From assembly GCA_964524515.1 (NCBI GenBank), contig CAZGEA010000001.1, positions 361,522 to 425,521 of the forward strand: a DNA stretch of 64,000 nt, read 5' to 3'. Below the pieces are notes generated by a model. It worked only from the letters and a program-made list of their open reading frames with translations, ran no database searches and was not told the origin of the DNA. Position numbers and translations under genes: made by a program. Of the stretch, positions 28,690 to 38,694 are shown piece by piece. Numbering within the stretch: position 1 is the first letter of the stretch; each line of letters begins with the position of its first letter. The DNA comes from an uncultured Gammaproteobacteria bacterium. GTDB lineage: Bacteria > Patescibacteriota > Microgenomatia > UBA8517.

Positions 28690-29234
28690 TTTGCCAAATG
28701 CTCCTTCAATACCAAATAATCACTTGTAATAGTTTTAGGCTTCCCCAATTCATCCCAAACAACTTCAGCTGTAATTACTTTTGCATCCAAATTCTCCACA
28801 GATCCATTAGGGCACAAATTTGTTAATACATCCCTCTTCACTAAATTATATTTAGGATCAAAACATGCATATTTAATAAAAATATTTCGATCAAATCTTG
28901 TTTCAAGCCCAATATCTTGGCCGATTTTAAGACCCCAAACAGTTTTTCCATTACCAATTCCTCTTTGAATTATTTGATATGAAGAATCACTTGATGAACA
29001 ACAATTCCAATCAGAAAGTAACACGTTATAAGCCACTTCAACTCCTTCTTGTAAAAGTGAAGCTGCACTTCCTTCATATTTTGATCTCTCAGTTCTTTTG
29101 AGTAAAAAACTAATCATTGGAATTACAGCCAAAATAATCAAAGCAAATATTGCAATTGATAACAATGCCTCAATAAGTATCGACCCGCGCTTTTTATTTT
29201 TAATTTTCATTTTTCTATTGATAATATGTCTCAA
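28686..29234 (-). CDS. Pseudopilin-like protein
   Basis: RGS|ILIEALLSIAIFALIILAVIPM, a prepilin-like helix with Glu at +5. Confidence 0.55.
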   Translation of the reverse strand: MRHIINRKMKIKNKKRGSILIEALLSIAIFALIILAVIPMISFLLKRTERSKYEGSAASLLQEGVEVAYNVLLSDWNCCSSSDSSYQIIQRGIGNGKTVWGLKIGQDIGLETRFDRNIFIKYACFDPKYNLVKRDVLTNLCPNGSVENLDAKVITAEVVWDELGKPKTITSDYLVLKEHLAK

Positions 29235-29658
29235 CGACTCCGGTTGAAGAAACAGTCAAATGCATTAACTTGCCGTATTTATTTTTAAGTAAAATTGTGG
29301 TCGGACTTGAATAATAACCAGTTCCAGGTTCAAACCAAATTTGAAAATCTTGAGCAAATTCAACTGTATTTTCTAGACTTTTTTTAGATAATGTCCCTTG
29401 CACTAAGCTACTCTTATATTTTAATTCATAACCGCGTTTGTCTGTATTTGAAACAATTCCCCACTGTGCCCTGTCTCTCCCTTCTCTGGAAAAGACATGA
29501 GCCAATCTCAAATCATCTGATAATCCTTCAAGTGAAGCTTTCAAAGCCTGTGTTGATTGTGAACGAGAGTAAGAAAAAAACAATGCAAAGCCAACCATAG
29601 CAAGAATGGTTATAACTAGTAAAAGCTCGATAAGGCTTTGGGCAGATAATCTTTTCAT
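29215..29658 (-). CDS. Pseudopilin-like protein
   Basis: LSAQSLIELLLVITILAMVGFALFF, prepilin-like with Glu at +5. Confidence 0.5.
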   Translation of the reverse strand: MKRLSAQSLIELLLVITILAMVGFALFFSYSRSQSTQALKASLEGLSDDLRLAHVFSREGRDRAQWGIVSNTDKRGYELKYKSSLVQGTLSKKSLENTVEFAQDFQIWFEPGTGYYSSPTTILLKNKYGKLMHLTVSSTGVVETYYQ

Positions 29659-30122
29659 TCAACAAACTTTACAAATGCAGGTGTAGAAATAATTTTTACA
29701 GAATCTTTATCAAAATTAGTCCTAATACTTTCCTCAATTAATGAAATATGAGCCTCACCTTCACTGCGCCCCGTAACAGTTATTTCACCAATCGTAGTTT
29801 TACCACTAAACGGTTTTTTAAAACTAACTGTAATTGGATTGACCAATACACTTTTTGAATCAGACAAAATTCCGAATTCAAGTTTAGATAAAATATCAGA
29901 TGCATCAGATTCAAATTCAGAAACAACACGAATTGTAACCGGAACACCAACTTTAGATTCAATTTCCTTAGGTTCAAACCAAATTCTCAAATTTGGTTGT
30001 TTTGAAGCTTGAGAATTAAAACGAACATTTATAGGTTTTGACAAAAACACTATAAAAAATGGAAGAATAGCGACAATGATAAATACAGGCAAGAGTATTT
30101 TTAAAAAACCTAAGTTGTTCAC
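29655..30122 (-). CDS. Membrane-anchored protein at the end of the pseudopilin operon
   Basis: N-terminal TM. No motif recognised. Confidence 0.4.
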   Translation of the reverse strand: MNNLGFLKILLPVFIIVAILPFFIVFLSKPINVRFNSQASKQPNLRIWFEPKEIESKVGVPVTIRVVSEFESDASDILSKLEFGILSDSKSVLVNPITVSFKKPFSGKTTIGEITVTGRSEGEAHISLIEESIRTNFDKDSVKIISTPAFVKFVE

Positions 30123-30150
30123 ACAAATATACTATCACGAAAAATATCAA

Positions 30151-30453
30151 TTAGTATACAATTTTCAAAAAATGATTTCGATCAATCACATTTCCATTCA
30201 CAGGAATCTTATATTCCCAAGAAATAACAGATAAAATTGAAGCTCCAACTCTAAGCCCGGTAAATGATCCAGGCCCTTCAAAAAAATCGATTTCTGAAAT
30301 ATCTTTTATTTCTAAATTTTGTTTTTTAAGGCATGAAATTATAAATTCCAAAACTTTTTTATTTTTTAACTTTTCATCATTCATTTCAAATTGAACATCA
30401 TCTATTGCAATTTTAATATTATCTTTTTTAGAAGTATCAATAAATAATTTCAT
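30151..30453 (-). CDS. tsaB: Short TsaB/YeaZ-like protein (N-terminal half only, 100 aa)
   Basis: Conserved FEGPGSFTGLRVGASI motif of TsaB. Adjacent tsaE. Length is well under half of typical TsaB. Confidence 0.6.
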   Translation of the reverse strand: MKLFIDTSKKDNIKIAIDDVQFEMNDEKLKNKKVLEFIISCLKKQNLEIKDISEIDFFEGPGSFTGLRVGASILSVISWEYKIPVNGNVIDRNHFLKIVY

Positions 30454-30456
30454 AAT

Positions 30457-30882
30457 TTATTTTATTGTAATTATGTGTGAGTCACCATCAATATCAAAAT
30501 TAATCCATTTTGTCTCAATTGGAAAAACATCTGATGCTTTATCAGCCCATTCAATCAATGTAACGCAATCTTTATTCTGCCATTCATCAGTAATACCCAA
30601 AGTAGATATTTCATGGTTAATATTTTCTTCAAATCTATAAAAATCTAGATGATTTAAATATTTAATATTTTTTATATTTTCTATATTATATTTTCTATAT
30701 AAAATAAAAGTTGGAGAAACAATCCTCTCTATTCCAAAATATTGAGCAAATCCCTGCACAAAGGTTGTTTTACCAGCCCCTAAATCCCCAACCAATGCAA
30801 AAATCTCTCCTCCTATACAAGAAGATGCAATTTTTTTGCCGATTTCAAAAGTTTCGATGGGAGAATTTGTTTTATATTCCAT
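30457..30882 (-). CDS. tsaE: tRNA t6A biosynthesis ATPase TsaE (YjeE)
   Basis: P-loop ALVGDLGAGKTTFVQGFAQYFG. Aligns to the E. coli TsaE core. Confidence 0.8.
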   Translation of the reverse strand: MEYKTNSPIETFEIGKKIASSCIGGEIFALVGDLGAGKTTFVQGFAQYFGIERIVSPTFILYRKYNIENIKNIKYLNHLDFYRFEENINHEISTLGITDEWQNKDCVTLIEWADKASDVFPIETKWINFDIDGDSHIITIK

Positions 30883-31253
30883 AAAAATACTGCAGAAATA
30901 CTTGCTCCAATTGTATCAAATCCCACGTCCCTGAGTGCTGGAGAGCGTCCCGGAACAAGTGACTGATGAAATTCATCACTTACAGCATATAAAACTGTAA
31001 TAATAAAGGCTCCAAATATTGCATAAATTTTTTTATATTGATATGCAATAAAACTTCGATACCACAACAAAAACAAAATTCCATAAACAGTAATATGAGC
31101 AGTCTTTTTAACAAAAAAGTCCTCCCAGTAATCACTTGATGCAGAAGGCAACACCCGCGAAGATAATAAAAAAATTACACTCATCCAAACCAAAGCCTGA
31201 AACAAAGTCATTATTTTATCAAAATTCTTAACTTTTTCGGGCATAGTATTCAT
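30813..31253 (-). CDS. VanZ-family membrane protein
   Basis: VanZ-like helices and SDEFHQ..VPGR..D..D..G motifs. The 3' end overlaps the tsaE start by about 70 nt. Confidence 0.6.
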   Translation of the reverse strand: MNTMPEKVKNFDKIMTLFQALVWMSVIFLLSSRVLPSASSDYWEDFFVKKTAHITVYGILFLLWYRSFIAYQYKKIYAIFGAFIITVLYAVSDEFHQSLVPGRSPALRDVGFDTIGASISAVFLWNIKQILPSKLLKSAKKLHLLV

Positions 31254-31962
31254 TATATACTTTTACAATTATAACAATTGCACTAAATATAATTAATGCT
31301 ACTCCAATAAAAACAAAAAAATAAGATAATAAATTTGAATTAGTTTTTGAATTTATTTCCATCACAGGGGGTAAAGTATTATTCAATTCATGAGGACGAT
31401 CCGTTGCCACAATATTATTTTCTTCAATTTTTTCAGATAAATCAGATAAAACTGCGGGAATCAAAGTTGGGTTTTCAGTTACTATTGCAGTTGGTAAAAC
31501 AGTTGGAGTAATAGTTGTAATATTTGTAGCAATTGGAGTAGTTTCTATTCTTTTTACAAAATTTATTTTTACACTATTTGAATTATCTTGTGCCAAATTA
31601 CCAGATTGAGTGTATCTTAAAATTTTAATATCATATTCACCTGACAACAAAACTCTTCCACGAATATTAGTTTCTACTTCTTTTGAATCAATTTTTACTG
31701 GTAAATAGCTTTTAAAATCACCGCCGCTATACCAACCAAATCCATTCCATGTCTCACCAGTGTTTATTTTTAAATAATTTGTTGCCTTTTTTGCACCCTT
31801 TATTAAAACTTTCAATTCAAATTCAAAATTTTCTTGGCTGACAGGGTATGAGGTAATATTTACATCAACTGCATGGATAATTGATGCAGTTAAAAATAAA
31901 TTAATAATTGATATGCAGATAAAAAGTATCCAAATTCGAATTATCATGATCCACACGAACAT
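31228..31962 (-). CDS. Hypothetical bitopic membrane protein (N-terminal and C-terminal TM)
   Basis: Signal/TM, a beta-rich domain, a Thr/Pro linker, and a C-terminal TM with a basic tail. Confidence 0.4.
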   Translation of the reverse strand: MFVWIMIIRIWILFICISIINLFLTASIIHAVDVNITSYPVSQENFEFELKVLIKGAKKATNYLKINTGETWNGFGWYSGGDFKSYLPVKIDSKEVETNIRGRVLLSGEYDIKILRYTQSGNLAQDNSNSVKINFVKRIETTPIATNITTITPTVLPTAIVTENPTLIPAVLSDLSEKIEENNIVATDRPHELNNTLPPVMEINSKTNSNLLSYFFVFIGVALIIFSAIVIIVKVYNEYYARKS

Positions 31963-33046
31963 ATCTCAAAAGGCATCCATTTACCCCAGAATAACTTCCT
32001 CTAAACAAATCTCCAGCGGCTACTGCTTTAACCTCAGTTGAACCATAACTATCAATATCAATTCCATTATGAAAATTATAAATGCGAGAAACCCAACTAT
32101 TCCTAGTTGCCCAAGTTGATCCATAACCTTGAGTGAATTTAATTTTAGGCATTATTGGCCAATTCCAGCTCCCCGTTGGATTAAACGAATCTCCATCGCC
32201 TGATCCACAAGATGAACCAGAACAATTCTCAAAATCAACAGATTTAAGATATGAAAAAGGACTTTTAGTCACGCCATTTTCCGAAACTATAAAATGCAAA
32301 TGCCTACCTCCAGAATTACAAGATGGCCCGTCAATAATAGATGCAATCTTATTACCTTCATTTACATGACCTACTTTAGATTCCTTTCCACGACCGGCAA
32401 TAATTGCCTGAATAGCTTCTAATTCTGCGCGAGTTGAAGCTAAAAGCTGTTGATATTTTTTCTCATCATTTCTAGTAACTGCCAAAAGTTGTGTTTTAGC
32501 TTTTTTCTGACCATCAATCGTTGCTCTTTGTTCTTCGAGTTTTTTACTTAAAACTTCAAACTCAGTTTTATTATCTTTATAAGTATTTTGAGCTGCTTGA
32601 AGTCTTACCAAAAGTGATTGATCAGCCAATTGCAATTTAATTAAATAATTAAATCGATTAACCAAATCCCGCAAATCCGCACTCATCAAAAAATGATAAA
32701 TTGGGTCATTAACTCGAACTATTTTATAAGTTTCAGTAACGCGGTTTGAATAAGCCTTTTCAAGATTAGAAAGTGAACCTTCAAGTTGGTCGATTCTTCC
32801 TCCTAATAATTTTATTTGTTCCTGTGTTTGATCAATTTTAGCTTGAGTCAACAAAATTTGAGCATCAAACTGTGCAATTTGATTTGATAAAGTATCAGCT
32901 TGTGATTGAAGATTTTGTATTTGTTTAGAATAAGTTTCAATTTGCTTAGTCAAATCATTCAACTTATCAGAATCCTGAGCAAATATAACACTAGGAACCA
33001 AAAAAATACTAACTAGAAAACAAGAAATAATTAATAAAATTTTCAT
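31901..33046 (-). CDS. M23-family peptidase with EnvC-like N-terminal coiled coil
   Basis: Long Gln/Leu coiled coil. GGRHLHFIVSENG (HxH box) and FHNGIDID (HxxxD box) are present but in reverse order relative to canonical LytM. Sits immediately upstream of ftsX. Confidence 0.65.
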   Translation of the reverse strand: MKILLIISCFLVSIFLVPSVIFAQDSDKLNDLTKQIETYSKQIQNLQSQADTLSNQIAQFDAQILLTQAKIDQTQEQIKLLGGRIDQLEGSLSNLEKAYSNRVTETYKIVRVNDPIYHFLMSADLRDLVNRFNYLIKLQLADQSLLVRLQAAQNTYKDNKTEFEVLSKKLEEQRATIDGQKKAKTQLLAVTRNDEKKYQQLLASTRAELEAIQAIIAGRGKESKVGHVNEGNKIASIIDGPSCNSGGRHLHFIVSENGVTKSPFSYLKSVDFENCSGSSCGSGDGDSFNPTGSWNWPIMPKIKFTQGYGSTWATRNSWVSRIYNFHNGIDIDSYGSTEVKAVAAGDLFRGSYSGVNGCLLRYVRVDHDNSNLDTFYLHINY

Positions 33047-33957
33047 CGCCTTTTAGGCATCGACCTGGAAATCGCAATGGTGCTTGCAAACAATGCAAGT
33101 AAAAATGAAACACCTAATTCACAAGCCAAAATAAACAAAAGTAATACGAAAAACTCAGATGGCTTTCGAGGAATTACTTCCAATACTCCCAAATATTTAT
33201 TAATACTCGATGATGAATAAAGTAGTAAAACAAAAGTCGAAAACCAACCCAAAAATGCACCAACTAATCCATAATATAAAGCTTCAATAACAAGTGGAGA
33301 ACTAATAAACCCACTTCTCGCTCCAATCAAAGATAACGTATCAATTTCTTCTTTTCTTGATGCAATTCTTATTCCCAAAACTATTACCAAAACCAAAGAA
33401 GATGAAGCTGCCAAAACAATACAAAAACCAACACCAATAATTTTAATAGTATAAGAAATCGATTTAAGTCTATCAATTGCACTAGAAATCGTTGATTGTC
33501 CACCCACATTTGCTGTAAAACCAACACTTTCCACAACCTGTTCCTTTTTAATCTCTTCCAATATTTTTGTCGCATTCTCAAGTTCTTTCAATGAAAACTC
33601 CAAACTAGCAGGAAAAGAAGATGGACTTACAAGTTCCCCCAATACTGGGTTATCAGCAGTAGCTTTCTTGTAAATATCCAATGCTGATTCACGCGTTACA
33701 TATTTAACATCACGAACCCTATCATCCTTTTGCAATTTCGCCTGCAAACTTTCAATCGCATCTTGTTTTGCATCAGTTTTTATAAATGCAATTACTTGTG
33801 GTCTAGTCTCAAAATAATTAAGTGCACGAGAAGATGCATAAACAAAAACTACAACCGTAGTTGCAACAAAAAAAGTGATCATCAATGAAAATACAGCTGC
33901 AAAAGCCTGAAAAGGAGCACGTCTAATGTAGTAAAAACTTGTTTTAAAATGATTCAT
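33043..33957 (-). CDS. ftsX: Cell-division ABC permease-like protein FtsX
   Basis: 4-TM FtsX topology with a large first extracytoplasmic loop. Coupled to ftsE. Confidence 0.8.
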   Translation of the reverse strand: MNHFKTSFYYIRRAPFQAFAAVFSLMITFFVATTVVVFVYASSRALNYFETRPQVIAFIKTDAKQDAIESLQAKLQKDDRVRDVKYVTRESALDIYKKATADNPVLGELVSPSSFPASLEFSLKELENATKILEEIKKEQVVESVGFTANVGGQSTISSAIDRLKSISYTIKIIGVGFCIVLAASSSLVLVIVLGIRIASRKEEIDTLSLIGARSGFISSPLVIEALYYGLVGAFLGWFSTFVLLLYSSSSINKYLGVLEVIPRKPSEFFVLLLFILACELGVSFLLALFASTIAISRSMPKRR

Positions 33958-34623
33958 CTATTTGTGTATGTAATCCTTGTTTATTCTACCGTCTTTTAAT
34001 TCAATTACTCTTTTTTTCATTTTTTCCAATAATGCCTTGTTGTGTGTTGTAACCAAAATTGTTTTACCTTCATTATTTATTTTAACCAACAAATCAACAA
34101 TAGTCATTGACGTTTCCCAATCAAGGTTTCCAGTAGGCTCATCAGCAAAAATAATTGAAGGGTTAATTACAACAGCACGCGCAAGTGCTGCTCTTTGAAG
34201 TTCACCACCTGATAATTGAGATGGAAATAAATTCGCCCTATCACTCAATCCAACAAGTTTTAATACATGATCAATTCTAGATTTCCATTCTTTTTTGGGA
34301 ACTGATGAAATGGCGAGTGCCACTTCAACATTCTCACTAATTGTCCTGTCATAAATCAATCTATAATCTTGAAAAACCAATCCAATTCTCTGTCTTAAAT
34401 CGGGAACTTTCGATCTTGGAATTGTTGTAATATCATGATTATCAATAAAAATTTTTCCAGTGGTAGGTAAAAATTCACGAACAAGAAGCCTAAAAAGTGT
34501 TGTTTTTCCAGCTCCTGATGGACCTACAATAAAAACAAATTCCCCGTCTTCGATTTTAAACGAAATATCCCGAAGAGCAACAATTTTTCCAAATACTTTT
34601 GATACTGATCTAAATTCAATCAT
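33958..34623 (-). CDS. ftsE: Cell-division ATP-binding protein FtsE
   Basis: Walker A GPSGAGKTT. ABC signature LSGGELQR. Walker B IIFADEPT. H-loop. Length 221 aa. Confidence 0.9.
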   Translation of the reverse strand: MIEFRSVSKVFGKIVALRDISFKIEDGEFVFIVGPSGAGKTTLFRLLVREFLPTTGKIFIDNHDITTIPRSKVPDLRQRIGLVFQDYRLIYDRTISENVEVALAISSVPKKEWKSRIDHVLKLVGLSDRANLFPSQLSGGELQRAALARAVVINPSIIFADEPTGNLDWETSMTIVDLLVKINNEGKTILVTTHNKALLEKMKKRVIELKDGRINKDYIHK

Positions 34624-34639
34624 TAGAAATTATTAGAGG

Positions 34640-35053
34640 TTATTCTAAAATCTTAATCTTTCCAACATCCATTAGCCAACCAGCTTTTTTAGCAGCAATG
34701 GTTTGTCCCCATACTTGTACATTTTTACCAGCATAAGAAGAAAGATCGATAACTGTTGAAGTCAAATAAACATTCTGAGAATCTCCACCTGGCCTAATTA
34801 ATTTATGAGTTCCCTCACCTGAAATTCCACCTTCCTGAAGCGTTCCTTGCGCTGTATCAGTAAATGCAGTAGTGTCTGACAATCCAGTTTCGCGATTTGA
34901 ATTAGTAGTTACTGATGGAGCAGTCTTATCCCCTAAAACTTTACTACTAGAAAAAACAACCTTAGATAATAAAAATCCTGATCCAATTCCAGCACCCAAA
35001 ACAAGAACAGTCAATACCAAAGCTAAATTCTTTAATGACTTTGAGGTTGCCAT
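34640..35053 (-). CDS. Hypothetical secreted/anchored protein
   Basis: N-terminal TM. No motifs. Confidence 0.4.
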   Translation of the reverse strand: MATSKSLKNLALVLTVLVLGAGIGSGFLLSKVVFSSSKVLGDKTAPSVTTNSNRETGLSDTTAFTDTAQGTLQEGGISGEGTHKLIRPGGDSQNVYLTSTVIDLSSYAGKNVQVWGQTIAAKKAGWLMDVGKIKILE

Positions 35054-35111
35054 ATACCCACTATATCATATTACAAATATTTTTTGCTAGATTTAGAAGA
35101 AACTGCAATAA

Positions 35112-36188
35112 CTACTTCAACTTTAGCTCAGCTTCAACAAACAAATCCAAATCTCCATCCAAAACAGATACTGTATCAGAGGTTTCAGCATCAGTTCTCA
35201 AATCTTTAATCATTTTATAAGGATGGAGTACGTATGATCTAATCTGGGTTCCCCATGATGCAGGTCGATAGCTTCCCTTTATTGCCTCTTTTGCCAATTT
35301 CATTTCTTCTTGTTTACGAATCCACAATTTTGATCGCAAAAGTCCAAGAGCGATTTTTCTATTTTGTTCTTGGAATCGCTCAGTCTGAGCAGTAACCACA
35401 ATTCCCGATGGCTTATGAGTTAATCTCACTGCAGTTGATACTTTATTAACGTTTTGTCCACCATGCCCACCGGCTCTATAAAATTGAATTTCCAAATCTT
35501 CATCTTTTATTTCAATATCAGGCATATCAACTTCACTTACTTCAGGTAACACTTCAACCAACGCAAACGAAGTTTGACGCAAATTATCAGCATTAAATGG
35601 AGATTGACGTACTAATCTATGAGTTCCAGATTCTCTTTTAAAATAACCATATACATATTGTCCTGTAATTTTAATTGTAACGCTTTTTATGCCAGCCTCC
35701 TCACCTCGAGTTTCATCAATCAAATCCCAGTTCCAACCTTTTCTCTCACAATACCTTATATACATTCTAAAAAGCATCGAAGACCAATCCATTGCTTCAG
35801 TTCCACCCTGCCCGGCATGAATTGAAACTATTGCATTGTGATTATCATATTCACCACTTAAGTAAAGTTGCAAACTAAGTTTGTGAATCCTCAATTCAAT
35901 TTTAGAAAGTTCAGACTCAATTTCTTCTGGATTTTGGGCTTCACTTGCCAACTCACTCAAAATTGAAATTTCATCTTTCAATGAAACTAATTCAGCCAAT
36001 TCTTTCTTAATAGCATCAATTTCCTGCATTACAGATCGTGCTTTATTCTGATCACTCCAAAGATTAGGATTCAAAGTTTCAACTTCCAGCTCTTTTAATC
36101 TTTTATTTTTTGCATCAATATCCACAGTCTTCTCAAACGAAGAAAACGCAACTAACGCATCATCTATTCTTTTTTGAATTTCATACAT
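35112..36188 (-). CDS. prfB: Peptide chain release factor 2
   Basis: SPF tripeptide (RQSPFNA), GGQ motif ([10 protein letters not shown]). Full-length single ORF, so no +1 frameshift is needed. Confidence 0.9.
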   Translation of the reverse strand: MYEIQKRIDDALVAFSSFEKTVDIDAKNKRLKELEVETLNPNLWSDQNKARSVMQEIDAIKKELAELVSLKDEISILSELASEAQNPEEIESELSKIELRIHKLSLQLYLSGEYDNHNAIVSIHAGQGGTEAMDWSSMLFRMYIRYCERKGWNWDLIDETRGEEAGIKSVTIKITGQYVYGYFKRESGTHRLVRQSPFNADNLRQTSFALVEVLPEVSEVDMPDIEIKDEDLEIQFYRAGGHGGQNVNKVSTAVRLTHKPSGIVVTAQTERFQEQNRKIALGLLRSKLWIRKQEEMKLAKEAIKGSYRPASWGTQIRSYVLHPYKMIKDLRTDAETSDTVSVLDGDLDLFVEAELKLK

Positions 36189-36246
36189 ATGGAAAGTATA
36201 AATGCTAAATCAAATTTATTCCATTCTTACGGTAAATAATCTTGAT

Positions 36247-36714
36247 TTATGGAGTACAAATTGCAAATTTTGCTTTCTTGGCATCTGTTGGTGTTAATTT
36301 TGAATATGATTCAATTACACTTTGATAACTAGGAGTTGTTGAATCCTGTGCTTTTATATTTGAGATTTCACCAGTAGTCTCCAGTGCATCAACCAATCGA
36401 TCACGGCTAATTCCCAAAACTGCAGCAATCGGCTTAGGAGGATTTTTCCATCCTAATGTTTCCGTAAGGATAGTTCTTCCGGCTACCAAAAAAAATCCTT
36501 CAATTATTAATGTAAGTAAAAATCCAAGCAATACTCCCAACGCCGCACCATGGAAAGACCATTCAATAAAATGTCTTCTCACTTGTGCCATCGTAATAAC
36601 TAAAAAGAACAACAAAATAACAATTGCAATTGCCTGCCAAATTGCAGGGTATATAGTTACTGATCCAATGTGGACTTCATACTGACGAAATATGGGGCTT
36701 ATTGCAGGAATCAT
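36247..36714 (-). CDS. Hypothetical membrane protein (3-4 TM)
   Basis: Hydrophobic helices only. Confidence 0.4.
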   Translation of the reverse strand: MIPAISPIFRQYEVHIGSVTIYPAIWQAIAIVILLFFLVITMAQVRRHFIEWSFHGAALGVLLGFLLTLIIEGFFLVAGRTILTETLGWKNPPKPIAAVLGISRDRLVDALETTGEISNIKAQDSTTPSYQSVIESYSKLTPTDAKKAKFAICTP

Positions 36715-36725
36715 AGCTATTAGCT

Positions 36726-37376
36726 TTATTCTACAACTTCTTCATCTTCAATAATTTCAGATGACTGTGAAGTTCCACTACTTGATCCTGTTTGTTTAGT
36801 ACTTGGTGCAAATGAAAAACTAGCAGTTACAGCATCCATCAAATCTGATGATTTACTATCAGTTCCTGCTGAAAATAAATACATCACACCTTGATCAATA
36901 AACAATATTAATGATTTATTATTTGTGCTATCCATATATTCACTTGCAGATACACCACCAATATTTACTGAACCCGTTAATTTTGCACTTTTATAATCAC
37001 TTTCTGCACTTGTAATCCATGAGGCAATTGATTTTGATTTTGTATCAAAAACAGAAACTGTAAGCTCAGTATTTGAATTACTCACTGACACTTTCGAATA
37101 ATAAGAACTATCTGTTGCTGGAGTTATGTCAGTAACGCTATACCCTGCTGGATATTTAAAACTAAAACCAGATTCATCAGTATAACTTTGAGTTGAAGAG
37201 TCAGTTTTACTGTCTGTATCTGCCACCTCACTATTATCACTTTCCAATGTCGTAAGTTCTGTTTTGTCATTATCTTTTGAATTATTATTTCTAGAAATCA
37301 TTACAAAACCAAATGCACCTGCAACCGAAACTACTAAAAATATAATTACTAAAATTATTGCATTACTTTTTGACAT
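36726..37376 (-). CDS. Secreted Ser/Thr/Asp-rich hypothetical protein
   Basis: N-terminal TM/signal. Low-complexity acidic Ser-rich regions. Confidence 0.4.
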   Translation of the reverse strand: MSKSNAIILVIIFLVVSVAGAFGFVMISRNNNSKDNDKTELTTLESDNSEVADTDSKTDSSTQSYTDESGFSFKYPAGYSVTDITPATDSSYYSKVSVSNSNTELTVSVFDTKSKSIASWITSAESDYKSAKLTGSVNIGGVSASEYMDSTNNKSLILFIDQGVMYLFSAGTDSKSSDLMDAVTASFSFAPSTKQTGSSSGTSQSSEIIEDEEVVE

Positions 37377-37419
37377 GCTTATTTATTCAATATATCATGA
37401 AACAAACCAAGTTAACAAA

Positions 37420-37866
37420 ATGAAAAAAGCCATCATTCTAATTTCAATAATATTAATTAGTCTTTCTGCTTCAACCAAAACAGCAAATGCAGCCAAAAGA
37501 TTAATCCCAAGAGCAAAAACTTCTACTTCTTCAACAACCACAAAAACAACTACCAATTCTTCAGGAAAAATTGGTGTGAGTGTAAAATTCCGAGGAGACA
37601 GACGTGCAATTGTTGTTAACTTTTCCAGTTTAGAAAAAGCATCTAAAGTAACCTACACCTTAAGCTATAATGCAAAAACGGGATACCAAGGAGCCTCAGG
37701 TTCTGTTTCAACAACTGGTGGAGCAGTATCAAGAGAAATCATCTTTGGAACTTGCTCAGGTGGAACTTGTAGATACGACACAAATATAACAAATGCAGTT
37801 TTTTCTGTTAAATATACCCTCACAAACGGAAAAACATACGTCAAAAACTTCAGATTAAAAGTATAA
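37420..37866 (+). CDS. Small secreted hypothetical protein
   Basis: The track ORF starts upstream. The ATG at about 37420 gives a signal peptide (MKKAIILISIILISLSAS...ANA). Confidence 0.45.
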   Translation: MKKAIILISIILISLSASTKTANAAKRLIPRAKTSTSSTTTKTTTNSSGKIGVSVKFRGDRRAIVVNFSSLEKASKVTYTLSYNAKTGYQGASGSVSTTGGAVSREIIFGTCSGGTCRYDTNITNAVFSVKYTLTNGKTYVKNFRLKV

Positions 37867-37886
37867 AAAATTAAATTAACAAAAAA

Positions 37887-38597
37887 TTATTGTGTTGCTT
37901 TTGCAGTTGGAGTTGGTGATGAACTTGGCTTTGCAGTTGGAGTGCTAGATGCTTTTGCAGTTGGCGTAGAACTTGCAGATGTAGCTGATCCTTTCCTAGG
38001 TCCTGTTGTGATTTCAATGTTTGCGCCACCTGTTGGAGTCCCCTCTCTTGAGACTACTGCTGTATAAATAGTTTTCAACTTTGTTTCAAGTTCTGTTATT
38101 GTTGCAATTGAAACAGATTTCAAATAAACAATTTCAGTTTGTGTTGAAGACTGAGATGAAGCGTTTCCTGCAGTTATATCAGAATATCCCAAAGACTTTA
38201 ATTGTGTTTGTAAATAAGCAGCCTCACCTGGAACTCCAGTTCCATTTAAAATTTTTATTGCAATTTCACTTTTATCAACAGGTTTGGCAGTTGCAGTAGA
38301 AGAAGCAGTTGCAATTGGGGTTGTTGTTGCTGTTTCAGCTTGTGGAGTTGAAATACTATTTACACCAGCAACATCAGGTTCTTGATTTACTGCTTGATCA
38401 ATGTCAGGTGATTGACCAGCACCTCGAAATACAAAAAAAGCCAATCCTCCTAAAACTAAAACAAAAATTGGAATAATAATAAAAAGAACTGGAACTTGAG
38501 TTTTATTTTTTCTATTTGGTTCATTAACAGGAAACCCTACCGCTTCAGGTGATTGTGGTTGAAAGTTTGAATTATCGTTTTGTTGTCCTTGTTCCAT
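37887..38597 (-). CDS. Membrane-anchored protein with Thr/Ala-rich linker and LytR_C-like C-terminal domain
   Basis: One TM. The C-terminal 'IAIKILNGTGVPGEA...LKSLGY' resembles the LytR_C regulatory domain. Weak. Confidence 0.4.
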   Translation of the reverse strand: MEQGQQNDNSNFQPQSPEAVGFPVNEPNRKNKTQVPVLFIIIPIFVLVLGGLAFFVFRGAGQSPDIDQAVNQEPDVAGVNSISTPQAETATTTPIATASSTATAKPVDKSEIAIKILNGTGVPGEAAYLQTQLKSLGYSDITAGNASSQSSTQTEIVYLKSVSIATITELETKLKTIYTAVVSREGTPTGGANIEITTGPRKGSATSASSTPTAKASSTPTAKPSSSPTPTAKATQ

Positions 38598-38694
38598 TAT
38601 ATTTGCTCACGAGTATAACCATCTAAATGCCCTTATGTCAATATAACCTAAATCTTTTCCCAAAGATATCCGCTCTTTTACACTACACAATTTA

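Noticed and set aside
35112-36188. Programmed +1 frameshift in prfB, as in E. coli
   Set aside because: RF2 is encoded as one uninterrupted 358-aa ORF from its start codon. No in-frame UGA/CUU UGA shift site is required.
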